NCBI GenBank assembly: GCA_029253585.1
Contig: JAQWZF010000008.1
Span: 37,980 to 101,979 of the forward strand
Origin: Gammaproteobacteria bacterium
GTDB lineage: Bacteria; Pseudomonadota; Gammaproteobacteria; Pseudomonadales; Pseudohongiellaceae
Length of the DNA stretch: 64,000 nt
Direction of reading: 5' to 3'
In this document: in pieces, positions 19,533 to 28,263 of the stretch
Layout of the letters: the number at the start of each line of letters is the position of its first letter
Position numbering within the stretch: position 1 is the first letter of the stretch
Program-made: the position numbers and the translations under genes
The notes under the pieces: generated by a model
Database searches by the model: none
Told to the model about the DNA's origin: nothing
Seen by the model: the letters and a program-made list of their open reading frames with translations, nothing else

Positions 19533-19583
19533 GTTCGCTACTAAGAACTAGAATACATACTCCCAAGATTCAGGAATAAAGCG

Positions 19584-20369
19584 ATGGCCTTCGATATAAG
19601 TGAACTGTTCTCCGTGTCCGGTAAGGTGGCAATAGTTACGGGTGGCTCGAGGGGTATTGGTAAGATGATCGCCGAAGGCTATGTGGCGAACGGCGTAAAG
19701 ACCTATATCACCGCACGAAAAGCCGAGGCCTGTGAGGCGACGGCACAAGAGTTGTCGGCTCAGGGAGAGTGTATAGCTATCCCCGCGGACCTCTCTACCA
19801 AGGCTGGCAGGGATTCGTTCGTCAGTGAAATTAAGCAGCGCGAATCGGAGATCGATATCCTGGTAAATAATGCCGGCGCTGCCTGGGGAGCCCCGTTCGA
19901 GGAATATCCGGACGAAGGCTATGACAAGGTAATGGATATCAATGTGAAGGCCGTGTTTACCTTGACGCGAGACCTGATGCCTCTCCTTTGTAAGGATGCC
20001 AGCCCGGAACAGCCGAGTCGTGTAATCAATATTGGTTCTATCGATGGGTTGCGTGTCTCTAGCATGGATAATTTTGCCTATGGTGCCAGCAAGGCTGCCG
20101 TGCATTTCCTTACTAAGAACCTGGCAGTACGTTTGGCGCCTAAAGGTATTACGGTGAATGCGATCGCCCCTGGTGCTTTCGAGAGTCAGATGATGGATCA
20201 CACGTTGAGCCAATTTCGAGACAAGATAGAAACGGAGAATCCGCTGGGCAGAATAGGCAGGCCTACCGATATGGCAGGGCTTGCGCTCTATCTGGCCTGT
20301 AATGCCTCCAAATATATGACGGGGCAGGTGATCGCCATAGACGGCGGCCGCCACCTGGGTTCCCGCTAG
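19584..20369 (+). CDS. SDR-family oxidoreductase
   Basis: TGGSRGIG cofactor motif, NNAG, and catalytic YGASKAA. Confidence 0.85.
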   Translation: MAFDISELFSVSGKVAIVTGGSRGIGKMIAEGYVANGVKTYITARKAEACEATAQELSAQGECIAIPADLSTKAGRDSFVSEIKQRESEIDILVNNAGAAWGAPFEEYPDEGYDKVMDINVKAVFTLTRDLMPLLCKDASPEQPSRVINIGSIDGLRVSSMDNFAYGASKAAVHFLTKNLAVRLAPKGITVNAIAPGAFESQMMDHTLSQFRDKIETENPLGRIGRPTDMAGLALYLACNASKYMTGQVIAIDGGRHLGSR

Positions 20370-20473
20370 CCATCCCCTGGCGAGCGAAGCACCAGAGGCA
20401 AAATTTCGCCTTCTCTCCAAAGTTTTGGTTATCTAGCGAGAGTGCGGGGGCGGTTTGTTGTGAAACCCTTCCA

Positions 20474-21187
20474 ATGGCGCGCGCTTCAATGGTACTTTTA
20501 GAGCCCTCCATAATTAGAAGGTTTGCTAAGCCCGTGAATTCAGTCAGTCTGCCCAGAATAGTCGTAATCAGTGTCGCTTTCGTAAGCGGGTTTAGCATCA
20601 TGACTATCGAGATGCTCGGTGCGCGTATCATGGCGCCTTATTTCGGTGGAAGTATTTCCGTATGGGGAAGTCTCATCACTGTCTTCATGCTTGCGCTGTC
20701 GGTGGGGTATTTAATCGGTGGCCGGCTATCGACTCGCAATCCCAATCCCAAGACATTTGCACTGTTCTTCATTTCGGCGGCTATTTTTTCCATCCCAATC
20801 ATCGTTTTCGCCGATGCGATTATGCGACCAATATTTCTAGCCATAGAAGACCCGCGCTATGGTTCGCTGTTTGCCTCAATATTTTTGTATTTTATTCCAA
20901 CCAGCATACTGGGAATGATCTCTCCCTATTCTGTTCGTCTGATGGTGGATTCCCATGAGCATAGCGGTCATATGGCTGGGCAATTGTTTTTCGTCTCAAC
21001 CATTGGAAGTGCTGGCGGCACTCTGGCGACTAGTTTCTATTTTGTATTATGGTTCGACGTGAACCGGATCCTTTGGGGTGCTGTCGCGGTTCTTCTTCTG
21101 GCGGGCTCACTAATTCTGTTCATAAACTTTTTACTTCAGAAAAATGCTGCAGTCTCAAAGGTACCGGCTTATGAAAAACAAACTTAG
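20474..21187 (+). CDS. Polytopic membrane protein resembling the N-terminal membrane module of 'fused MFS/spermidine synthase' proteins
   Basis: About 6 TM helices. The segment EMLGARIMAPYFGGSISVWGSLITVFMLALSVGY resembles that module. Confidence 0.5.
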   Translation: MARASMVLLEPSIIRRFAKPVNSVSLPRIVVISVAFVSGFSIMTIEMLGARIMAPYFGGSISVWGSLITVFMLALSVGYLIGGRLSTRNPNPKTFALFFISAAIFSIPIIVFADAIMRPIFLAIEDPRYGSLFASIFLYFIPTSILGMISPYSVRLMVDSHEHSGHMAGQLFFVSTIGSAGGTLATSFYFVLWFDVNRILWGAVAVLLLAGSLILFINFLLQKNAAVSKVPAYEKQT

Positions 21188-22079
21188 GCATCTGCTAGGT
21201 GGTGCGCTAATTGGTGGCGTTGCGGCATTGCTGCAACTCCCGTTGATTGCGGCAGAAACTATTCACGAAGAAAAATCGTTGTATCGAGATATCAACGTCG
21301 TTCAGACGGGTAGCCGTCGTTGCCTTATTTTCAATGTACATCGCGGCGATAGGAATCAAACCTGTGTGGATGTAAATAACCGCGACGAGTTAATATTTAG
21401 CTATACCAAGATGAGTTTCGCCGGCCTGTTAATGAACCCCGAGCCGAGGAAGATTCTCATTGCCGGATTGGGCGGGGGAACGCTGCCTTTGGCATTCAAT
21501 GACCTATTCCCCGATGCGCAGATCGATATCGTTGAGGTCGACCAGGCTGTTGTCAATGTCGCGAAACAATTCTTTTTCTTTGAAGAGAATGAGAACATGA
21601 CGGTGGCCGTAAATGATGCCAGAGTGTTCGTGAAGCGGGCTGGAATTCTCGGTGAGAAGTACGACTTTATAATTCTCGATGCATTCGGTGGCGATTACAT
21701 CCCCGAGCATCTGTTAACGCGGGAGTTTCTTGAAGAGGTCAAACAGATCATGACCGAAGACGCCGTGTTAGTTGCTAATACTTTTTCCACGAGTCGGTTC
21801 TATGACCATGAGTCAGTGACCTATCAGCGCGTGTTTGGTGAGTTCTTTAACTTTAAGTTACCCGCTAGTGGCAATCGTATGATCATTACCCAGCTAGATC
21901 CCTTGCCGCCCCGGGGCAGTCTGATTACCCGGGCGCAGGCTCTGACTCCATCGCTTGATAAGTACGGCGTTCCCTTGCTCGAATACCCGAACCGGCTTTC
22001 CACCCGAGTTGACTGGGATATGAGTAGACGTGTTCTTACCGATCAATACGCGCCAGCGAATCTTCTGCAAGACGATTAG
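21171..22079 (+). CDS. Spermidine-synthase-like (class I methyltransferase fold) protein with N-terminal signal/anchor
   Basis: ILIAGLGGGTLP and IDIVEVD motifs. The ATG at 21171 precedes a hydrophobic leader (MKNKLRHLLGGALIGGVAALLQLPLIAA). 17-nt overlap with the upstream gene. Confidence 0.7.
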   Translation: MKNKLRHLLGGALIGGVAALLQLPLIAAETIHEEKSLYRDINVVQTGSRRCLIFNVHRGDRNQTCVDVNNRDELIFSYTKMSFAGLLMNPEPRKILIAGLGGGTLPLAFNDLFPDAQIDIVEVDQAVVNVAKQFFFFEENENMTVAVNDARVFVKRAGILGEKYDFIILDAFGGDYIPEHLLTREFLEEVKQIMTEDAVLVANTFSTSRFYDHESVTYQRVFGEFFNFKLPASGNRMIITQLDPLPPRGSLITRAQALTPSLDKYGVPLLEYPNRLSTRVDWDMSRRVLTDQYAPANLLQDD

Positions 22080-22195
22080 TAGCAACAGACCTTAGGTAAA
22101 CTCTTCTTCAGATAGGCGCTTCAAGATACGTATCGCTATGGCAGTGCAGCACTAGCGATTTTCTATGTTTGCGGAGCGGGAGGGGGGAGCTGAAC

Positions 22196-22355
22196 TAGGT
22201 GCTGCTGATGATGTCGCGCAGACTTTGAATGTTGAGTAGTTCGATCTCTCGGTTCTTAACGCTGATTAAACCTTTTTTCTGAAGAGAGGTAAATTTCTGC
22301 TGACTGTCTCTACCGTTAGGCCCAGATATTCGCCAATGCATGAAGAGGGCGAGTA
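22196..22355 (-). pseudogene. Remnant of the C-terminal HTH of a Crp/Fnr-family regulator
   Basis: The - strand reads ..SSCIGEYLGLTVETVSR, then after a frameshift FTSLQKKGLISVKNREIELLNIQSLRDIISST*. No N-terminal cNMP-binding domain is present, and a stop lies immediately upstream. Confidence 0.45.
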
Positions 22356-22363
22356 TTAGCAGC

Positions 22364-23197
22364 TTATTTCTGATGAATTAGATTACCGCAATATTTACAG
22401 TGGCGGGCATCCAGGTCATGACCGGTTGCCTTGCAGCTGGTACATTCGCTTCCCTCTAGTTTAGGATTCTTGCTTCGCTCTTGAACCTGTTGCATGAGTT
22501 CTGCGCCGATAATTCCGGTTGGAACCGCAATGATGGCGTAACCGGAAATCATAGCTATTCCAGCGATGAATTGCCCCAGTGGTGTTTGCGGAACAATGTC
22601 TCCGTAGCCAACCGTGGTGATGGTGACGATCGCCCAGTAGATCGATTGCGGAATGTTGTCGAAACCATTTTTACCGCCCTCGATGATAAACATTAGCGCG
22701 CCGAAAATAATGATGAGCGTGGTAACTGAGAACAGAAATACCAGGATCTTTCGGCGCGCTTGCAGCAGCGCTGCGTACAGCATATTTGCCTCGCCCATAT
22801 AGCGCAGCAATTTCAGAATGCGGAAGACGCGCAGTACGCGCATGATGCGCACTACGATCAGGTAAACCGCAGACGGATAGAAAAAGGCGATATAGGTGGG
22901 CAGTATGGAGAGCAGATCCACTACACCATAGAAACTGAATATATAGCGCCGTTTATCTGGCGTGCTGTATAGCCTGAGCAGGTATTCAACGGTGAACAGA
23001 ATGGTGAACAGCCATTCCAGTCGATACAGCAAGGCGCCATAACGTTCGTGTAGCGAGGCAATCGAGTCCAGCAGAACCGCGATGACACTAACGATGATCA
23101 GAAGTATAAGTACAATGTCGAACCAGCGTCCCGCCTTCGACTCATAGCCGAAGATCACATCATAGATTTTCTTCTGTGCTTTGCTAGTGTCGTTCAA
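22364..23197 (-). CDS. Voltage-gated-type (6TM) potassium channel
   Basis: S4-like RIMRVLRVFRILKLLRY and selectivity filter TTVGYGD. C-terminal CxxC...CxxC (CTSCKATGHDLDARHCKYCG) zinc-ribbon-like tail. Confidence 0.85.
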   Translation of the reverse strand: MNDTSKAQKKIYDVIFGYESKAGRWFDIVLILLIIVSVIAVLLDSIASLHERYGALLYRLEWLFTILFTVEYLLRLYSTPDKRRYIFSFYGVVDLLSILPTYIAFFYPSAVYLIVVRIMRVLRVFRILKLLRYMGEANMLYAALLQARRKILVFLFSVTTLIIIFGALMFIIEGGKNGFDNIPQSIYWAIVTITTVGYGDIVPQTPLGQFIAGIAMISGYAIIAVPTGIIGAELMQQVQERSKNPKLEGSECTSCKATGHDLDARHCKYCGNLIHQK

Positions 23198-23200
23198 TGT

Positions 23201-24349
23201 CTACTGTGCATCCCTAATCATATTGCGCGCGATAATGATCTGCTGAATCTGGCTGGTGCCCTCGTAGAGGCGAAACAGGCGGACATCGCGATAGAATCTT
23301 TCGACAGCATATTCTGACATATAACCTGCTCCACCATGAATCTGCACGGCGCGATCGGCAACGCGACCAACCATTTCTGTGGCGAAAAGTTTGCAGGCAG
23401 AAGACTCCGTGCTGACACTCTCGCCATTGTCTCGCTTTCGTGCCGTTTCCATCACCATGCACTCGGCGGCATAGGTCTCTGTCTGGGAATCGGCGAGCAT
23501 GGCCTGAATGAGTTGTTGGTCGGATAGGGGGACGCCAAACTGCTTGCGCTGCATCGCATAATCGAGGGCGTCCTTGATCAGCCGTTTGGCAACCCCGACA
23601 CAAAGGCCAGATATATGTAGTCGACCTCGATCCAGCACCTTCATCGCGGTGATGAAGCCAGTGCCTTCTTCGCCAATAATGTTTTCGGCGGGAACCGGAC
23701 AGTCTTCGAAAATGACGTCGCAGGTCATGGAGCCGGACTGGCCCATTTTTTTATCGATCGGACCTAGTGTAATGCCGGGTGAGCCTTTCTCGACTATAAA
23801 AGAGGAGATACCCCGGGCACCTTTGATGTCGGGATTCGTCCTCGCCATTACGTTGAAGGTGTCGGCAACAGCTGCATTGGTAATGTAGCGCTTGGTGCCA
23901 TTGAGTATGTAGTGATCGCCTTCGCGCCTTGCGGTGGTCCTCAGTGAGGCGGCGTCTGAGCCGGACTCCGGTTCAGTAAGACAGAAACAGCTCACCCATT
24001 CTCCGCTGGCATACTTGGGCAGGTATTTTTGTTTCTGCTCCTCGGTGCCGGCGAATACGATGGCTGCCGAGCCGATGCCGTTGTTAGTGCCTATAATCGA
24101 GCGAAAAGCAGGGGAGGTATGACCCAAGGCAATGGTGACCAGGATCTCTTCTTCCATGGTTAAGCCTAGGCCGCCGTATTCTTCTGGAATGGTAAGGCCG
24201 AATAAGCCCAGCTCCTTCATCTCCTGAAGCAGCCCGTCTGGCATCTTCGCTTCCTCTGCCAGTTGGTTTTCGGCGGGAATCAATCTCTCGCTTACGAAGC
24301 GTTCGATTAAATCCACTAGTTGTTTGAGTGTTTCCGGGTCTCGTATCAT
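23201..24349 (-). CDS. Acyl-CoA dehydrogenase (canonical short/medium-chain type)
   Basis: CLTEPESGSDA, LNGTKRYITN, and a canonical C-terminal YEGTSQIQ carrying the catalytic Glu. Confidence 0.9.
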   Translation of the reverse strand: MIRDPETLKQLVDLIERFVSERLIPAENQLAEEAKMPDGLLQEMKELGLFGLTIPEEYGGLGLTMEEEILVTIALGHTSPAFRSIIGTNNGIGSAAIVFAGTEEQKQKYLPKYASGEWVSCFCLTEPESGSDAASLRTTARREGDHYILNGTKRYITNAAVADTFNVMARTNPDIKGARGISSFIVEKGSPGITLGPIDKKMGQSGSMTCDVIFEDCPVPAENIIGEEGTGFITAMKVLDRGRLHISGLCVGVAKRLIKDALDYAMQRKQFGVPLSDQQLIQAMLADSQTETYAAECMVMETARKRDNGESVSTESSACKLFATEMVGRVADRAVQIHGGAGYMSEYAVERFYRDVRLFRLYEGTSQIQQIIIARNMIRDAQ

Positions 24350-24794
24350 TGAATATTTGCCTGAATTCCTGATTAATGGTGGAGCAAAATCCTGAGCCAG
24401 TCATGAAATGATGTGCCCACATCGAAGCACATGCCAAGGCTCAGCTGCTATCCGCTTTAAGCTAGCATATTTGTCTATTCGAAGCGACTGCATGCACCGT
24501 AATTACTGGACCTTGGCCCAATACCCTAGGTGGATTTGCTATGCTAGAATGATCGACCTCGCGCTAGTGGTGCCGGTATTTTCAGGCATAAACGCCGAGG
24601 CTTGGCAGTGGTTTCAGGGGGATTCCAGGGCCAATATCGTGAAGGCTGGTATTACCGGTACTTGTTACCAGTAAGAATGCTCGGCGATAAGCAAGAAGGG
24701 TAGGGCTAGAAAGCATAGAAAGATAGAAAGCAACAAGCCAGCAAGAGCCTAAGCTATTCCATCTCTACTAAATCTCCCCAAGCTAATAACCAGA

Positions 24795-26027
24795 GTGAGT
24801 GTGAACATGCCCGATAATTCTCCGCGCGATGCATTTATTTATGACGGTGGTCGTACCGCCTTTGGCCGACATGCAGGAGCGCTTTCTCCGATACGCCCCG
24901 ATGACCTGTTGGCTCACGCAATCAAATCTGTCGTCGAGCGAAATGCCTTCGAAGCCGCTGCCTATGAAGATGTCATCATAGGCAATACCAACGGGGCCGG
25001 TGAGGACTGTCGCAATGTTGCGCGCTTTGCCTTGCTCAGGGCCGGTATGCCCACCTCGGTGGCAGGGTTAACAGTGAATCGCCTATGCGGCTCCGGGCTG
25101 GCGGCGACCCTGGATGCCGCCCGAGGAGTCAAGGCAGGCGAGGGTGAGTTGTTTCTGGCAGGTGGCGTTGAGTCTATGAGTAGAGCCCCGATCGTCATGT
25201 CGAAGGCGCATACTGCGTTCGATCGTGGGCAGCTGATAGCGGACAGTACATTAGGTGCCAGGTTTACCAATCCTGCTTACGCGGCTGCCTACGGAAACGA
25301 TACGATGCCGGAGACTGCAGACAACATTGCGAGTGACCTGGGTATCACCAGAGAGGAGAGCGATACTTTCGCGGCGGCTTCTCAGTCCAGATACGAGGCG
25401 GCAAGAGCCGATGGCTTTTTCAAAGACGAGATTGTGCCCATAGACGTGCCCCAGGGCCGCAAGAAGCCCGATCTCACTGTCGATGCCGATGAGCATCCGC
25501 GGCCTTCCTCTACGCTAGAGGTTCTGGGTGGTTTGCGCGCTCTGGCTGCAGAGGGTGTAGTCACAGCGGGCAATGCCAGTGGCATTAACGATGGCGCGGC
25601 GGCGCTTATCGTGGGTAGTGCAGCCATAGGCGAAAAATATTCGGTTAAGCCCCGGGTACGCATCATCGCTGGTGCCGTTGCCGGTGTTGAACCACGGGTC
25701 ATGGGATTGGGTCCTGTATTCGCTATCCGCAAGGCCTTGCAGCGAACAAATCTGGAGCTTGCCGATATGGATATCATCGAGATCAATGAGGCATTCGCAT
25801 CGCAGGTGCTTGGCTGTCTCAAGATGTTGGAAGTGGACTTCAGCGACTCACGCGTAAATCCTAACGGTGGGGCAATAGCGTTGGGCCATCCCCTGGGTGC
25901 GTCTGGCGCAAGAATTGCCATTACCGCCATGCGTCAGCTGGAAAGAACCGGCGGACGCTATGCTGCTATCAGTCTGTGTATTGGTATCGGCCAGGGTGTC
26001 GCAGCGATTCTCGAGCGAGTCGAATAA
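24795..26027 (+). CDS. Acetyl-CoA C-acyltransferase (thiolase; PcaF/PaaJ-like)
   Basis: Active-site Cys region (VNRLCGSGL), NEAFA, and the C-terminal GGAIALGHPLGASG...CIGIGQG. Confidence 0.9.
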   Translation: MSVNMPDNSPRDAFIYDGGRTAFGRHAGALSPIRPDDLLAHAIKSVVERNAFEAAAYEDVIIGNTNGAGEDCRNVARFALLRAGMPTSVAGLTVNRLCGSGLAATLDAARGVKAGEGELFLAGGVESMSRAPIVMSKAHTAFDRGQLIADSTLGARFTNPAYAAAYGNDTMPETADNIASDLGITREESDTFAAASQSRYEAARADGFFKDEIVPIDVPQGRKKPDLTVDADEHPRPSSTLEVLGGLRALAAEGVVTAGNASGINDGAAALIVGSAAIGEKYSVKPRVRIIAGAVAGVEPRVMGLGPVFAIRKALQRTNLELADMDIIEINEAFASQVLGCLKMLEVDFSDSRVNPNGGAIALGHPLGASGARIAITAMRQLERTGGRYAAISLCIGIGQGVAAILERVE

Positions 26028-26090
26028 CGTCTACTTTGAAAAAGAGTGAGCAGTACTCCTTACACGTAAATCAGTAAACAGGAATTAAAC

Positions 26091-28196
26091 ATGGCGAATG
26101 TCGTAAGTTATGAGTTAGTAGGAAATATTGGTGTTATCAGTGTCAACAGCCCGCCAGTCAATGCGCTTTCACAGGCCGTACGCGAAGGCATATTGAATGC
26201 AGTCAACGCGGCGCAGGAAGACGGCTCCGAGGCTATCGTATTGCGCTGCGAAGGTCGTACCTTTATCGCAGGTGCAGATATTACCGAATTTGGAAAGCCG
26301 CCTATGGAACCAGGCTTGCCCGAGGTGCTTGGGGCAATCGAAAATTCCAAGAAGCCGGTGATAGCGGCTATACATGGCACCGCACTGGGCGGTGGATTTG
26401 AAGTGGCTCTGGCCTGTCACTATCGCTGTGCGATCGCGTCAGCGAAGGTGGGTCTCCCAGAAGTTAAGTTAGGCCTGTTGCCGGGCGCGGGTGGAACACA
26501 ACGCGTGCCACGTGTGGCTGGTGTGCAAGTGGCACTGGACATGATCACGAGTGGTAACCCTGTTGCGGCAGCTAAAGCAAACAGCATGGGATTGTTGGAT
26601 GAGGTCGTCGACGGCGATGATCTGCAAGCAGCCGCGATAAAATATGCCACTGATCTGCTTGAGTCTGGCGCGCCATTGAAGCGTATTCGTGACATCACTA
26701 TCGACCCGGCTACTATCGAGCCTGGTTTCTTCGATGCGGCCAGAAAGAAGTTGGCCCAGCGTGCGCGTGGACAGATCGCTCCTGACAAGATTGTGTCCTG
26801 CATAGAGGCGGCGGTGAACCTGCCCATGGAACAGGGATTGGAACGCGAGCGTGAATTATTTCGCGAACTGGTCACCTCGCCAGAATCGGCGGCGATGCGT
26901 CACATCTTCTTTGCGGAACGCCAGGCGGCGAAGATTAAAGACTTGCCTAAAGATACGCCACTGCGCGACATCAAGAAGGTAGCTATCATCGGTGGCGGAA
27001 CAATGGGCGGTGGTATCGCCATGTGTTTCGCGAATGTTGGCATTCCTGTAGTCATGCTTGAGATTAACGATGAAGCGCTTGAGCGTGGCATGAATATAAT
27101 CCGCAAGAACTACACGATTACTGTACAGAAAGGAAAGCTCCCTGCGGACAAGATGGAGCAGTTGATCAGCACAATCTCGGGAACCACAGACTATGCAGAT
27201 CTTGGCGATGTCGATCTGGTTATCGAGGCTGTCTTCGAAAATTTAGATCTAAAGAAAGAAATATTCGCGAAGTTGGATGCCGTCTGCAAGCCAGGTGCAA
27301 TTTTGGCAACGAATACCTCCTATCAGGATGTCGATGCCATCGCCGAGGCGACAAGTCGACCACAAGATGTACTGGGCCTGCATTTCTTTAGCCCGGCGAA
27401 TGTGATGAAGTTGCTGGAGATCGTTCGCGGCGCTAAGACTGCAGACGATGCATTAGCGACTTCCATGCAGATAGGCAAGAAGATCGGCAAGGTCTGCGCG
27501 CTTTCTAGGGTGTGTTACGGCTTTATCGGTAATCGTATGCTGGGTGGCTATGGCCGCGAGGCGCAGATGCTGTTAATGGACGGTTGCACTCCCGCACAGG
27601 TGGATTCAGCCCTGGAGAAATTTGGTATGGCGATGGGTCCTCTCGCGATGGGCGATCTTGCCGGTTTGGATGTTGGCTATAAGGCGCGTCAGGCTCGCAC
27701 TGACCTGCCAGACGATCCCAAGCTGTATCGCATGGGCACTCTGCTGGTCGAGATGGGCAGACATGGACAGAAAACCGGAGCCGGATTCTATAAGTACGAC
27801 CCGCAGACGCGACGTCGCATGTCCGACCCTGAGATCGAATCTATGATCAAGGAAGAAGCGGCGAAGTTAGGAATCGAGCAGCGCGATATATCAGACGAAG
27901 AGATTCTGCAGCGTTGTTTCTATCCGTTAATTAATGAGGGCGCGTTGATTCTCGAAGAGGGGATTGCGCAGCGCCCTAGTGATATCGATGTAGTGTACGT
28001 GTTTGGCTACGCATTCCCGGCAGCCAAGGGCGGGCCTATGCACTATGCCGATCATGTTGGCCTGAAGAATGTCTATGACAAGATCTGCGAATTCAGAGAT
28101 ATGTATGGCGAGCAATACTGGAAGCCGGCGCCGCTACTGGAAAAATTGGCGAAAGAAGGAAAGACCTTCGCCGAATGGGGGCGCGAGAACGGATAG
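26091..28196 (+). CDS. Multifunctional enoyl-CoA hydratase / 3-hydroxyacyl-CoA dehydrogenase (FadB/FadJ-like)
   Basis: N-terminal crotonase domain (FIAGADI..., AIHGTALGGGFE). Central NAD Rossmann (VAIIGGGTMGGGIA). 701 aa. Confidence 0.9.
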   Translation: MANVVSYELVGNIGVISVNSPPVNALSQAVREGILNAVNAAQEDGSEAIVLRCEGRTFIAGADITEFGKPPMEPGLPEVLGAIENSKKPVIAAIHGTALGGGFEVALACHYRCAIASAKVGLPEVKLGLLPGAGGTQRVPRVAGVQVALDMITSGNPVAAAKANSMGLLDEVVDGDDLQAAAIKYATDLLESGAPLKRIRDITIDPATIEPGFFDAARKKLAQRARGQIAPDKIVSCIEAAVNLPMEQGLERERELFRELVTSPESAAMRHIFFAERQAAKIKDLPKDTPLRDIKKVAIIGGGTMGGGIAMCFANVGIPVVMLEINDEALERGMNIIRKNYTITVQKGKLPADKMEQLISTISGTTDYADLGDVDLVIEAVFENLDLKKEIFAKLDAVCKPGAILATNTSYQDVDAIAEATSRPQDVLGLHFFSPANVMKLLEIVRGAKTADDALATSMQIGKKIGKVCALSRVCYGFIGNRMLGGYGREAQMLLMDGCTPAQVDSALEKFGMAMGPLAMGDLAGLDVGYKARQARTDLPDDPKLYRMGTLLVEMGRHGQKTGAGFYKYDPQTRRRMSDPEIESMIKEEAAKLGIEQRDISDEEILQRCFYPLINEGALILEEGIAQRPSDIDVVYVFGYAFPAAKGGPMHYADHVGLKNVYDKICEFRDMYGEQYWKPAPLLEKLAKEGKTFAEWGRENG

Positions 28197-28263
28197 AGCG
28201 CGTTCAGATAAGTCTATCTGATTACATCCTTTGCTATTGAGTATCTACTGAAGAGAAGAAAAT

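Noticed and set aside
19548-20420. 290-aa ORF on the - strand covering the whole SDR gene
   Set aside because: It lies antisense to a gene with clear SDR motifs (TGGSRGIG, YGASKAA). Its translation is Arg/Gly/His-rich with no motif. This is a typical shadow ORF.
24408-24674. 88-aa ORF in the 445-nt divergent intergenic region between the ACAD and thiolase genes; also TAGAAAG x3 at 24707..24730
   Set aside because: The ORF has no RBS and an odd composition (Cys/Trp/Arg-rich), so this is more likely a promoter region. The hexamer-scale repeat is too short to interpret.
25382-26875. Long - strand ORFs (25382..25930, 26420..26875) within the thiolase and FadB-like genes
   Set aside because: They are antisense to strongly supported CDSs. 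The sequences are low-complexity and Ala/Ser/Pro/Arg-rich.
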